From Candidatus Bathyarchaeota archaeon (GTDB lineage: Archaea; Thermoproteota; Bathyarchaeia; TCS64), in NCBI GenBank assembly GCA_020346605.1, contig CP070784.1, forward strand, positions 1,440,702-1,504,701: DNA of 64,000 nt, read 5' to 3'. Below the pieces are notes generated by a model. That model had not been told where the DNA came from and did no database searches. It worked only from the letters and a program-made list of their open reading frames with translations. A program made the translations under genes and the position numbers. Numbering within the stretch: the first letter of the stretch is position 1; every line of letters begins with the position of its first letter. Of this stretch, positions 35,717 through 45,300 are shown piece by piece.

Positions 35717-37351
35717 TCAGCCCGAGGCCTTCGCGATCCTCTCGGCGACCATATCGGAGAGCTCAGAGATCAGCTCGTCGGGGATCTGCTCGAAGAGAGG
35801 GGACGGCTTCTCCAGCGGCGTCCCCGCCTTCAGGGGCTCCAGGGCCTCTGCTAAGGGCGTCTCCTTCCTGGCATCACCGAGCTGCTTCCAGATGGCCTCG
35901 GCCTTCCCCGGCATCACGGGCTCCATGAGGACGGCTAGCGCCTTGGTCAGCCACAGGCAGTTGTGGATGGTGTTCTTTGCGGCCTCCGGGTCTGTCTTCC
36001 CCAGATTCCAGGGCTCCTTTGCTTGGAGGTACCTGTTCCCGTAGGCGGAGAGGGCTAGAACCGCATCTGCCACCTTCTTGAACTCGAAATTGTCGAGCCC
36101 CTGCCTCATCGACTCGATGGTCTTCTCGACCTCGGCTCTAACTTCGGGCTCCACCTCCCCCTCGGGTATCTCCTTGTAGTTCCTCTGGGCGAAGAGGAGT
36201 GCCCTGTAGAGGAAGTTTCCGAGGGAGCCGACGAGCTCCTTGTTCACCTTGTCGCCGTAGGCTTGCCAGGTGAAGTCGAGGTCCCTGGTGAAGCCCGTGT
36301 AGGAGGCTATGTAGTAGCGCAGTGCGTCGGAGTCCAGCCCCTTCTCCAGGTAGTCCTCCTCAACCCAGATGACGTATCCCCTGCTCTTGGAGAAGACCTT
36401 GCTCTCGACCTTGACCATGCCCGAGGCCGCCACCGCATAGGGCACGTCGTACCCGGCCCCTTTGAGCATGCTGGGCCAGAAGAGGCAGTGGTGGTAGACG
36501 ATGTCGCCGCCTATGAAGTGGATGAAGGAGCCAGCGCCCTTCCAGTAGTACTCCCAGTCGCCGCCCGTCCTCTCGGCCCACTCCTCAGTGGATGCGATGT
36601 ATCCGATAGGGGCGTCGAACCAGACGTAGTAGACGAGGCCCGGCTCTCCGGGGACCCTGACCCCCCAGTCCATGTTCCTGGTGATGTTCCAGTCCCTCAG
36701 CCCCTTCTCCACCCACTGGAGGGCGTAGTTCCTTGCGATGTCGGTGCCGTCCATCTGAGGGAGGTACTCCCTCAGGAAGTCCTCGAAGGCAGTGAGCCTC
36801 AGGAAGAGGTGGCGGGTCTCCCTCATCTCGGGCTTCGTCCCGCAGACGCTGCACCTCGGATCCATGAGTTCCCCGGGCTCCAGGTAACGACCGCACCCCT
36901 GATCGCATTCGTCCCCTCTAGCCGAGGCGCCGCAGTGGGGGCAGGTCCCCCTCTGGTACCTATCGGGGAGGAAGCGGTCGCACGTGGGGCAGTAGGGGAG
37001 CTTCAGGGACTTCGCGTAGATGTAGTCGTTCTCCATGAGGGCCTCCGCGATCTGGACTGTGCGGGCGTGGTTGAGGGGATGGTCGGTGCTACCGTAGTTG
37101 GTGAAGTTCACCCCGATCTTGGGGAAGAACTCGACGAAGTGCCCGTGGTACTTGTTTATGATCTCCTTGGAGGTGACTCCGTCCTCCTCGGCCTTCACGG
37201 TTATCGGAGTGCCGTGGGTGTCGGAGCCGCAGATGAAGACGACCTCCTGCCCCATCTTCCTGAGGAACCGGACGAAGATGTCCGCCGGCACATAGGTTCT
37301 CAGATGCGCAATGTGGCAGGGTCCGTTCGCATAAGGGAGGGCGCACGTCAC
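35717..37351 (-). CDS. metG: methionine--tRNA ligase (no C-terminal tRNA-binding extension)
   Basis: TCALPYANGPCHIAH (HIGH region), CPTCDRFLPDRYQRGTCPHCG zinc knuckles, KVFSKSRG (KMSKS). The only start codon is GTG at 37351, two residues before ALPYANG. Confidence 0.9.
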   Translation of the reverse strand: MTCALPYANGPCHIAHLRTYVPADIFVRFLRKMGQEVVFICGSDTHGTPITVKAEEDGVTSKEIINKYHGHFVEFFPKIGVNFTNYGSTDHPLNHARTVQIAEALMENDYIYAKSLKLPYCPTCDRFLPDRYQRGTCPHCGASARGDECDQGCGRYLEPGELMDPRCSVCGTKPEMRETRHLFLRLTAFEDFLREYLPQMDGTDIARNYALQWVEKGLRDWNITRNMDWGVRVPGEPGLVYYVWFDAPIGYIASTEEWAERTGGDWEYYWKGAGSFIHFIGGDIVYHHCLFWPSMLKGAGYDVPYAVAASGMVKVESKVFSKSRGYVIWVEEDYLEKGLDSDALRYYIASYTGFTRDLDFTWQAYGDKVNKELVGSLGNFLYRALLFAQRNYKEIPEGEVEPEVRAEVEKTIESMRQGLDNFEFKKVADAVLALSAYGNRYLQAKEPWNLGKTDPEAAKNTIHNCLWLTKALAVLMEPVMPGKAEAIWKQLGDARKETPLAEALEPLKAGTPLEKPSPLFEQIPDELISELSDMVAERIAKASG

Positions 37352-37443
37352 GAGGACGGGCCGATCCTTCGGGAACTTATGTTCCCTTCCTTCCTTCTCG
37401 TTGAGTTCAGAACACCTCTGTGCTATCGTAGTTCCCTCCGACT

Positions 37444-38478
37444 CTACTTAAGTGTTAAGGGTTGGTCAACCATGTCATCGTACTCACTGATGAAGGTTTT
37501 CCGGAGGTCGTTTTTCTCCTTCTCCGGGAGGAAGGACGAGTCCACGGCGTTGAGGCTGATCTGGAAGAGCTCGGACACGGTGAAGCCCAGCTGTTCGTGG
37601 AGCTGGATGTACTCGTTGTTCATGTCCGTGCCGAACATTGAGGGATCATCGCTGTTCACAGTCACCGAGATGCCGTGGTCGTAGAAGGTCCGGATCGGGT
37701 GGTCACGGACGGAGGGGACGACGTTCGTCCTGACGTTGCTCACAGGGCATGCCTCGACTGTGATCTCCTTGTCCCTGAGGTGGTCCATGAGCTTGGGGTC
37801 CCTTATTGCGGAAGTTCCATGACCGATCCTTTCAACGTCCAGGTACCTTACAGCTCCCCAGACGCTCTCGGGGCCCGAGGCCTCTCCGGCGTGGGCCACG
37901 AGGTGGAGCCCCTTCTCCTTGGCTCTCTTATAGACCGGCTCGTAGGGCTCCGGGGGGAATCCTTCCTCGCTCCCGCCTATGTCGACGGAGACGACGTTGT
38001 CCCCCTTCCCCTCGATCCAGCCGAGTATCTCCATCCCCTCCTCGGGTCCGTAGTTCCTGACAAGGTCGATCCTGAGCTGGCAGCCGATGCCGAAGTCCCG
38101 TCGGGCTCTACGGATCCCGCGGTTGATGGCGTCCAACATCAGGCCGTAGTCAAGCCCCCTCCGTATGTGGTCCGGCGCCGAGAAGCTGGCCTCGACGTGG
38201 CGGACGTTGCAGCGGGCGTCGTCCTCCAGCATCTCGTAGGTGATCCGCTCGAACTGGGACTCGTCGGTGATGAATTTGCTCACAGTGCTGTAGACGGAGA
38301 TGAAGTGGGTGAAGTCGCTGTACTGGAAGAACTCCTTCACGTCCCCCAGGGTCCTGTAGGGGGTGTTTTCGCCGCTCTCCTCAACGAGCCAGAGGAGGGT
38401 CTCTGGCCTGGTGGCGCCGACGATGTGGATGTGCTGCTCGGCCTTTGGGAGGGCCTGGATCAGCTCCGAGGTTTCCAT
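37444..38478 (-). CDS. adenosine deaminase family protein
   Basis: Start re-picked at METSELIQALPKAEQHIHIVGA (ATG at 38478). HxH metal motif plus VTVNSDDPSMFG signature. Confidence 0.85.
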   Translation of the reverse strand: METSELIQALPKAEQHIHIVGATRPETLLWLVEESGENTPYRTLGDVKEFFQYSDFTHFISVYSTVSKFITDESQFERITYEMLEDDARCNVRHVEASFSAPDHIRRGLDYGLMLDAINRGIRRARRDFGIGCQLRIDLVRNYGPEEGMEILGWIEGKGDNVVSVDIGGSEEGFPPEPYEPVYKRAKEKGLHLVAHAGEASGPESVWGAVRYLDVERIGHGTSAIRDPKLMDHLRDKEITVEACPVSNVRTNVVPSVRDHPIRTFYDHGISVTVNSDDPSMFGTDMNNEYIQLHEQLGFTVSELFQISLNAVDSSFLPEKEKNDLRKTFISEYDDMVDQPLTLK

Positions 38479-38584
38479 ACGCGTAGAGCGATAGGAGCCG
38501 ATAAGTACATTGTGGTCGGGGTGGCGAGGCTCTAGGTGCGCTGCCATAAAAAGAGATATTCATCCCATCACTATACATCAGTGC

Positions 38585-39715
38585 ATGAAGCGGCTGCTTG
38601 TTCTTCTCCTGCTGTTCTCGTGCTGCCTCTCTCCCGTCCAGGCGTACGCTCAGGACGACGGGGAGGAGATCAGGATCTCCTTCGAGTTCTCCCCTCAGCC
38701 CGAGCACAATCAGCTCTGGGACGACAAGAGCTACGTCATCAGCGTCGCTGTGAGGAACCAGGACCTGACCGTGAAGGAGGGGGAGGCCTACGACCCCGAC
38801 GAGCCCCTGTACCTGTTCTCCGGGGAGCTGATCATCGAGGTCGTGGAGACGCTGAGGAAGGAGGGGAGCTACCTCCAGGAGGGCGGGTCCGCGAGCTACA
38901 GCCACACCATAGAGCGCATCCAACAGATCTTCAACGAGCCCCTTCCCTCCAAGGGCAGGTCCCTCAAGAAGTACTTCTCCTTCGAGAGCACGTACAGCTA
39001 CGACGGGGCCACCGTCAGCCTCGACGAGTGGATGACCTACAGCATCGACGTCTACGTGAACATCGAGGAGTATAGGGAGGTCCCCGGCGACAGGAGGTAT
39101 TACGTAGGCGATCTTCTGGGAGAGGCCCACGTCACGTACCACGTGATGGGGAGCGAGAAGGAGGGGTACGTCCGCGGCGCCCTGGAGGCTCTGGGGGAGC
39201 AGGTTGAGGACGTGGAGGGCTCTCTCGAGAAGGTGGAAGCGGTGACCCGCGAGGAGGTGGACCTGGACATCAACGCGTACCAGGAGCTTCTCGCTACCAT
39301 GACCGCGCAGGTGGACACCGGAGACTACGTCTCAGCGATGGTTATATACTCGCTCTACGATCCGTCCTGGAGAGACTCCCTCATCGACGCCCTGTTGGAC
39401 GAGATCGACGATCTCGGGGATCAACGGACTCTTCTGAAGCAGCAGATGGAGGGCCTCGAGGAGCAGATCAAGGGCCTCGCCGACGAGATCGCCGCCCTCG
39501 AGTCGGACTACGAGAGCGCCACAACGGCGTACGAGACCGAGAAGGAGCAGCTGCAGTCAGAGGTCAACGCCACGAGGGGCGGCAGCCAGATGTACCTGTT
39601 CTCGACGTTGGCGTTGGCTGTTGCTCTCGTCTACCTCCTCTATCGGATGTTCCTGGGCGGCTCCAGGAGCACGTCAGAGGAAGTGGGGGATCCGCTGGCG
39701 TTCCCTACTCTGTAG
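38585..39715 (+). CDS. secreted, C-terminally anchored coiled-coil protein, hypothetical
   Basis: Start re-picked at the signal peptide MKRLLVLLLLFSCCLSPVQAYA (ATG at 38585). Heptad-rich LLKQQMEGLEEQIKGLADEIAALESDYE. C-terminal helix LFSTLALAVALVYLLYRMF. Confidence 0.6.
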   Translation: MKRLLVLLLLFSCCLSPVQAYAQDDGEEIRISFEFSPQPEHNQLWDDKSYVISVAVRNQDLTVKEGEAYDPDEPLYLFSGELIIEVVETLRKEGSYLQEGGSASYSHTIERIQQIFNEPLPSKGRSLKKYFSFESTYSYDGATVSLDEWMTYSIDVYVNIEEYREVPGDRRYYVGDLLGEAHVTYHVMGSEKEGYVRGALEALGEQVEDVEGSLEKVEAVTREEVDLDINAYQELLATMTAQVDTGDYVSAMVIYSLYDPSWRDSLIDALLDEIDDLGDQRTLLKQQMEGLEEQIKGLADEIAALESDYESATTAYETEKEQLQSEVNATRGGSQMYLFSTLALAVALVYLLYRMFLGGSRSTSEEVGDPLAFPTL

Positions 39716-40928
39716 CCCGGTCCCCGCCGTAGGTCTCCTTCATGAGGAAGAAGAAGTTCAATGTCATCAGGATGTTGGCTACAAAGATCCCTACATTCGA
39801 GGCCAGATAGCTTCCCGTGACGTCCACCAGCGCTCCGTAGATGGAGGTCACCACCGAGAAACCAAGCGACCCAGCCCCGTTCACGAGGCCCAGGCCGATC
39901 CCAGCGATCTCGGGCGGGAGGGTCTCGGGGATCATGGAGAAGAACAGGACCCAGAGGGACATGGAGAACCCCATCGCCGCCATCAGCGCCGCGAAGACCG
40001 TCATCGGCGTGCCCGCTGGCGACAGGAGCACGGCGACGAGGAACACGTTGGTCACCGCCGAGAATGCGACCAGGGGGAGCTTCCTCTTCCTCAGCCTGTC
40101 TGAGATGACGCCCATCGCGATGCAGCCGGGGATCCCCATTATGGTGCCTGCGCTGGAGACCAACCCAACGTCGATGTAGGAGAGACCTTTGGCGTCCGTT
40201 AGGAACTGGGGGAGCCAAGTGAAGAACGCCCAGTTGGCGCAGAGGAGGATGTATCCCGCTATGAAGGGGTAGAGCCTCCTGTTCCTAAGGGCGGTGCCCA
40301 GCGAGCCGAGTACCGCGGAGCCCTCGGCCCTCGTGGAGCCCTCGCCATTAGGGCGGTCCTTGATGATGAAGACGTTGACGAAGAAATTGGCGATCATCAA
40401 CACGATGCAGTAGACGTAGAGGGCGCGCCAGCCCCCGAAGTAGACGGAGGCTAAGGGAAACCCCATGTAAGCGGCGAAGCTGCCGAGGCCGCTGGCTGCG
40501 CTGAGCACGCCGATGGCGCTGGCCCGCCTCTCCGCGGGGAACCAGCTTGATACCACCTTCACGGCGTTGATGTAGAACACGCTGGAGCCCAGTCCGATGA
40601 GGAGCTGGGCGACCATCAGGAGCTCGAACCTGTGAGAGACGTAGAAGAGGAGTGCCCCGACTACGGTGAAGACCGTGAACCCCATGATCGTCCTCCTGGG
40701 GCCCAGGGCGTCGGAGAGGATGCCACTGGGCAGCTGCATCAGGGCGTAGAGGAAGAAGTAGGAGGAGAGGAGGAGCCCCGCAAATCCGTAGGAGAGGTCC
40801 AGCTCCTCGATGAGAATCGGTGAGAGCGCCGACGGCGCAGCCCTGAGGAAGTTCTCTGTCAGGTACGTCAGCGACACTGCGGCCAGTATCAGCAGCCCAT
40901 GGCGCGCTCTACTGTCCACCGCCACCAC
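39705..40928 (-). CDS. MFS transporter
   Basis: About 12 hydrophobic helices. MFS loop motif GILSDALGPRRT between helices 2 and 3. GTG start. Confidence 0.8.
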   Translation of the reverse strand: MVAVDSRARHGLLILAAVSLTYLTENFLRAAPSALSPILIEELDLSYGFAGLLLSSYFFLYALMQLPSGILSDALGPRRTIMGFTVFTVVGALLFYVSHRFELLMVAQLLIGLGSSVFYINAVKVVSSWFPAERRASAIGVLSAASGLGSFAAYMGFPLASVYFGGWRALYVYCIVLMIANFFVNVFIIKDRPNGEGSTRAEGSAVLGSLGTALRNRRLYPFIAGYILLCANWAFFTWLPQFLTDAKGLSYIDVGLVSSAGTIMGIPGCIAMGVISDRLRKRKLPLVAFSAVTNVFLVAVLLSPAGTPMTVFAALMAAMGFSMSLWVLFFSMIPETLPPEIAGIGLGLVNGAGSLGFSVVTSIYGALVDVTGSYLASNVGIFVANILMTLNFFFLMKETYGGDRATE

Positions 40929-41032
40929 CTAGAACTCGTTGTAATCGCTATCTCGCAACTTAAGGATTTTCGCAGAGTTCAACGGGAAAAAGTTAAACCG
41001 TGAACTTCGAGAGTAAGGTGCGAGAATCCGAA

Positions 41033-41830
41033 ATGACCGAGGAGCGCACAGCGGAGATCGCCGTCATCGGCGGGACCGGCGTCTACGACCCCGAGATCAT
41101 CGAGGACGGCAGGGAGGTCAAGGTCCACACCCCCTACGGGGCCCCCTCCGACCTCGTCACGCTGGGCACCTACGGGGAGCGCAGCGTCGCCTTCATCCCA
41201 CGCCACGGCCGGAGCCACCAGATCCCTCCCCACAGGATCAACAGCCGTGCGAACATCTGGGCGCTGAAGGAGCTGGGCGTCGGGTGCATCGTGGCCTCCT
41301 CCGCTGTGGGGAGCCTCAGGGAGGACTACGAGCCCGGGGACTTCGTCATCACAGACCAGTTCATCGACCGCACCCGGAAAAGGGCCGACACCTTCTACGA
41401 GGGAGGGCAACTCTGCCACATCTCCTCCGCAGACCCCGTCTGCCCCCAACTCCACGGCTTCTTCGTGGACCATGCCTGGAGCCTGGGGCTGAGGGTCCAT
41501 CCGAAGGGGACCTACGTCTGCGTCGAGGGGCCCCGGTTCTCCACCAGGGCCGAGTCTAGGCTCTTCAGGCAGTGGGGCGCCGACGTCATAGGCATGACCC
41601 TCTACCCAGAGTGCGTCCTCGCACGGGAGGCGGAGATCTGCTACGTCTCCGTGGCGATGGTCACCGACTACGACGTCTGGGCCGACAGGCCGGTTTCGAC
41701 CCACGAGATCCTTGAAACCCTCGGTGAGAACTCGGCGAACTTCAAACGGCTCGTGATGGAGTCTATCCCTGAGATCCCGAGGGAGAGGACCTGCGGCTGC
41801 GGTGAGGCCCTGAGGTACGCCATGCTCTGA
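41033..41830 (+). CDS. mtnP: S-methyl-5'-thioadenosine phosphorylase
   Basis: Start re-picked at MTEERTAEIAVIGGTGVYD (ATG at 41033). FIPRHGRSHQIPPHRINSRANIWALKELGV, EGPRFSTRAES, GADVIGMT. Confidence 0.9.
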   Translation: MTEERTAEIAVIGGTGVYDPEIIEDGREVKVHTPYGAPSDLVTLGTYGERSVAFIPRHGRSHQIPPHRINSRANIWALKELGVGCIVASSAVGSLREDYEPGDFVITDQFIDRTRKRADTFYEGGQLCHISSADPVCPQLHGFFVDHAWSLGLRVHPKGTYVCVEGPRFSTRAESRLFRQWGADVIGMTLYPECVLAREAEICYVSVAMVTDYDVWADRPVSTHEILETLGENSANFKRLVMESIPEIPRERTCGCGEALRYAML

Positions 41831-41913
41831 GGCTTTACGATTAAGCTTGTGTGTGACCGGGAGTCGAACGGTAGACTTATGTTCTGTATGTCATCCGTTT
41901 TTGGGGGAGCCTG

Positions 41914-42723
41914 ATGCAGAACAGCTACGACTTAAGGGCTCTGGCGCCCACGGTCTGCAAGATACTGGGGGTCAGGCCGCCTAGGACGGCTCACGTTGAG
42001 CCACTGCTCGAGGTCTTCGAGACGATGGGTGTGCAGGACAGGCTCGCTGTAGTGGTCATCGACGCCTTCGGCGCCTCGACATGGGCCCAGGTCCGCATAG
42101 AGACCCCCACGTTCAACGCGTTCGCGAACAGGCATCTCCTCCACCTGAGCGCGGTGATGCCCACCGTTACGCCCGTGAACTTCGCGACGATGCTGACCGG
42201 GGCCGCCCCGGACGTCCACCTCATCAGGAGCAGGGAGGACGAGCTCACGCTGGAGACGATCTTCGACGTCCTCAGGACCCGGGGGAAGTCCTCGGCGACG
42301 GCCGCCCGCGCACTAAGCACCTTGGGCATCCTCCTCTCGCCCTTCGCCGACCATTCAGGAATCGCGGAGTCCAACGGAGACCACGAGGTCAGCTCAATCG
42401 CAGTGGAGGCCATGAAGGGACGCCCCGATCTTCTCTGGGTGCAGCTCCTCGACGTCGACGACGCGGGGCACAAGCACGGCCCTGTGAGCTCTCAGGGGAT
42501 AGAGGCGGCGAAGAGGGCCGACCTACACCTCAGGGAGATGGCTGTGGAGGCCTTCTGGCAGGGATACGCCATCATGGTGCTGGCGGACCACGGGCAGCAC
42601 ACAGTCAACGGGTTCGACGGTAGCGTCACGGGGACCCACGGCACGATCGTTGACGAGGACGTCTACGTCCCACTGGTCTGGTGCAGGCCGGAAGAGCTCG
42701 GTGAGGCGCTGGGGCTGGCGTAG
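41914..42723 (+). CDS. alkaline-phosphatase superfamily protein (nucleotide pyrophosphatase/phosphodiesterase type)
   Basis: VVIDAFG metal Asp, nucleophile motif MPTVTPVNFATMLTG, DVDDAGHKHGP. Confidence 0.75.
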   Translation: MQNSYDLRALAPTVCKILGVRPPRTAHVEPLLEVFETMGVQDRLAVVVIDAFGASTWAQVRIETPTFNAFANRHLLHLSAVMPTVTPVNFATMLTGAAPDVHLIRSREDELTLETIFDVLRTRGKSSATAARALSTLGILLSPFADHSGIAESNGDHEVSSIAVEAMKGRPDLLWVQLLDVDDAGHKHGPVSSQGIEAAKRADLHLREMAVEAFWQGYAIMVLADHGQHTVNGFDGSVTGTHGTIVDEDVYVPLVWCRPEELGEALGLA

Positions 42724-42780
42724 GTACAGAAAATCTTATCGTTCGATTCCTATATACCTGATGCGGGTGTTGAGAGTTAG

Positions 42781-43356
42781 ATGTCCTGTGCGATCATCCT
42801 CCACGGGCCCATCGGATGCGGGAAGACGATGACGTGCCACGGACTCATGGAAAAGGCCAGGAATGAAAACATACCGCTGGGGGGAGTCATATCTCAGCGT
42901 TACTTCGTCGACGGCCTCCTCAAGGGCTACGACTGCATGGACATAGCGACCGGCGAGGCGTTCCCGCTGGCGAGGCTCGTGGAAGACGTCGAGGGCGACG
43001 ACTGGTTCCAGTACAGCAGGCTCAAGTACGCCTTCTCTCACTCCGGCTTCGAGCAGGCCAACAGCGTCCTATCCTCCTCCGCCGAGTTGCTGAGCCAGGG
43101 AGGCCTTGTCTTCGTGGACGAGTTCGGCAGGCTGGAGAGGAAGAGGCAGGGGCTTTTTCCCGGCATCTTCAGCGTAGTGGAGGCCCTGAAGGACGGGGGG
43201 ATCGCCGTCTTCGCTTGCAGGTCGAACTTCGTGGAGAGTGTCACCCAGCTCCTCAAGGGCAGGGCGAGGAGGGTCTACAGGCGAGAGCCCGGGAACCTTG
43301 AGAGCCTCTGGACCGTGGTGTCGAAGCGGCTGCTGGCTCCCGGCGCTCCAGAGTAG
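42781..43356 (+). CDS. P-loop NTPase (THEP1/DUF2478-like)
   Basis: Walker A LHGPIGCGKT at the N-terminus, Walker B-like LVFVDEFG. Length 191 aa. Confidence 0.65.
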   Translation: MSCAIILHGPIGCGKTMTCHGLMEKARNENIPLGGVISQRYFVDGLLKGYDCMDIATGEAFPLARLVEDVEGDDWFQYSRLKYAFSHSGFEQANSVLSSSAELLSQGGLVFVDEFGRLERKRQGLFPGIFSVVEALKDGGIAVFACRSNFVESVTQLLKGRARRVYRREPGNLESLWTVVSKRLLAPGAPE

Positions 43357-43451
43357 TTGCTCTCGCTCTATTGTGTTTTTGTGAACGGCATCAAGACGAG
43401 AATTGATATAGCTGGCTCGTTCAGAATAAGAAACGGACGGAGTTCCCTCAA

Positions 43452-44255
43452 TTGAGCGACACCGAGATCATCGCGCGGCTGGACGAGCTGCTGGCCAAGG
43501 GCAGATCCGCCGTTCTGTGCACCCTGATCCACAAGGAGGGGTCGGGGCCCCGGGGAGAGGGTGCGAAGATGCTCGTGGACGCCGAGGGAAGGCCCTTCGG
43601 CACTATCGGCGGAGGGGGGATGGAACGGAGGTTGGTCGCAGAGGCACTGGAGGCCCTCAGGGAGGGGCGCCCACGGACTCTGACCTTCGCCATGGGCATC
43701 GAGCCGGATGAGGGGGCCGTTGCCGTGGACTCACTGTGCGGCGGAGAGGTGAAGATCTTTTTGGACGTGATAAACCCGGATCCGAGGTTGATAGTGGTCG
43801 GCTCAGGGCACATAGGAAAACCTGTGTCAGACCTAGCCCACGGTGTGGGCTTCGAGGTACACGTCGTCGATGACGCCGTCACCACAACTCGCGAGAGGTT
43901 CGCTCACGCAAGGCGGATCTACCCCGGCCCCTTCGAGGAGGAGCTGGGGAGGATCGACGTGAGGCCCTCGGACTTCGTCGCCGTCGTGCACGGCGACACG
44001 CAGCACGAGTTCGCAGCTCTGAGAAAGTTCCTCGACGCCGAGACAACGTACGTCGGTCTACTGGGGAGCGGCAACAAGGCCATGGAGCACAGGAAGCGGC
44101 TGCTGGAGGAGGGCTACCCGGCGGAGAAGGTGGAGGCGATCCATGCCCCCATCGGCCTCAAGATCGGCGCGGTGACCCCCGAGGAGATTGCCGTCAGCGT
44201 AGTGGCGGAGCTCATCGAGGTCCGGCGGAGAGGTGGCTCTCGAAAAGCCTCCTGA
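43452..44255 (+). CDS. xdhC: XdhC/CoxF-family molybdenum-hydroxylase maturation protein
   Basis: N-domain AVLCTLIHKEGSGPRGEGAKMLV...GTIGGG and Rossmann-like domain LIVVGSGHIGKPV. TTG start. Confidence 0.8.
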   Translation: MSDTEIIARLDELLAKGRSAVLCTLIHKEGSGPRGEGAKMLVDAEGRPFGTIGGGGMERRLVAEALEALREGRPRTLTFAMGIEPDEGAVAVDSLCGGEVKIFLDVINPDPRLIVVGSGHIGKPVSDLAHGVGFEVHVVDDAVTTTRERFAHARRIYPGPFEEELGRIDVRPSDFVAVVHGDTQHEFAALRKFLDAETTYVGLLGSGNKAMEHRKRLLEEGYPAEKVEAIHAPIGLKIGAVTPEEIAVSVVAELIEVRRRGGSRKAS

Positions 44256-44820
44256 TCCTCTCGAACTCCTTGGGCGTGTCCATGTCGAGGTTGCACCAGA
44301 TGTCGCCCTCCACTGAGACGTGGGCGACCTCGTGCCTACGGACCACGTCCCTCACTGTCTTGTCCGGGCCAAGCCCCAGAATCTCGGCGAAGAGAGCCCT
44401 CCTGAAGAGGACAGGATGCCCACTCTTCCCGTCGTGGACCGGGCTGACGATGAGCGCATCAGCATCGTTCTCCATCCTGTCCGCCATGAGCGCCAGGAAC
44501 TTGGTTTGCAGCCCCAGCTGGTCTCCGAGGATCAGGAACGCCCCGTCAGCGTTGACTCGGTCAAGGCCTGTCTTGAAGGAGCTAGTCATCCCATCCTCGT
44601 AGTTTGGGTTCATGACTGTCTCCGCCCTGTGGGAGTCCACGATGTGCGCCAGCTCCTCCGGCCTATGGCCAAGTACGACAAACACCTCGTCGACTGTGGA
44701 GCCGTCTAGGGCGTCAAGCAGTCTGTCCAGTACCGTTCTGCCGGCCACCTCTAGAAGCAGCTTGTTCTTGCCCATCCGACTCGACTTGCCGGCGGCGAGG
44801 ACCACGGCTGCAAGCCTCAA
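44212..44820 (-). CDS. mocA: molybdenum cofactor cytidylyltransferase (MocA-like nucleotidyltransferase)
   Basis: AAVVLAAGKSSRMGKNKLLLEV N-terminal NTP-transferase signature. The 3' end overlaps xdhC convergently by 44 nt. Confidence 0.8.
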   Translation of the reverse strand: MRLAAVVLAAGKSSRMGKNKLLLEVAGRTVLDRLLDALDGSTVDEVFVVLGHRPEELAHIVDSHRAETVMNPNYEDGMTSSFKTGLDRVNADGAFLILGDQLGLQTKFLALMADRMENDADALIVSPVHDGKSGHPVLFRRALFAEILGLGPDKTVRDVVRRHEVAHVSVEGDIWCNLDMDTPKEFERIRRLFESHLSAGPR

Positions 44821-44835
44821 GGCTTGGTCACTGTC

Positions 44836-45300
44836 TCAACCGCTCATCTTCCGGGCGGCGCTCTGCACCGCCCTCACTATGTTGACGTAACCCGTGCACC
44901 TGCAGTAGTTTCCCTTCAGGTACTCCCTGATCTCGGCCTCGGAGGGGTCCGGGTTCTCGCCGAGCAGCGCCTTGGTGGTCATGATGAAGCCCGGAGTGCA
45001 GAAACCGCACTGGATGGCCCCTTCCTCTATGAATGCCTCCTGCACCGGGTCGAGCGTGTCCCCGTCGGCGACCCCCTCGATAGTGTCGACCCTATGCCCG
45101 TCCGCATCGACGGCCAGCACCATGCAGGCCAGGACCGCCTCGCCGTCGAGGTGCACCGTGCAGGCCCCGCACTCGCCGATGCCGCAGCCGTACTTGGTGC
45201 CCGTCAGGTAGAGCTCGTCCCTGACGAGGTTGAGGAGCAGTTTGTTGGGCTCGACGTCGAACTGCCTCTTGCGCCCGTTTATAGTTATCTCAATCTCCAT
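44836..45300 (-). CDS. molybdenum hydroxylase small subunit, [2Fe-2S]-binding (CoxS/XdhC-iron-sulfur type)
   Basis: Start re-picked at MEIEITINGRKRQ (ATG at 45300). GCGIGECGACTV and CGFCTPG cluster motifs. Confidence 0.9.
   Translation of the reverse strand: MEIEITINGRKRQFDVEPNKLLLNLVRDELYLTGTKYGCGIGECGACTVHLDGEAVLACMVLAVDADGHRVDTIEGVADGDTLDPVQEAFIEEGAIQCGFCTPGFIMTTKALLGENPDPSEAEIREYLKGNYCRCTGYVNIVRAVQSAARKMSG

Noticed and set aside
41851-41876. GTGTGACCGGGAGTCGAACGGTAGAC resembles the reverse complement of a tRNA T-arm/acceptor region and could be a tRNA remnant or att site.
   Set aside because: No complementary T-stem or acceptor pairing can be drawn. No integrase is nearby. It is probably chance similarity to the GTTCGA core.
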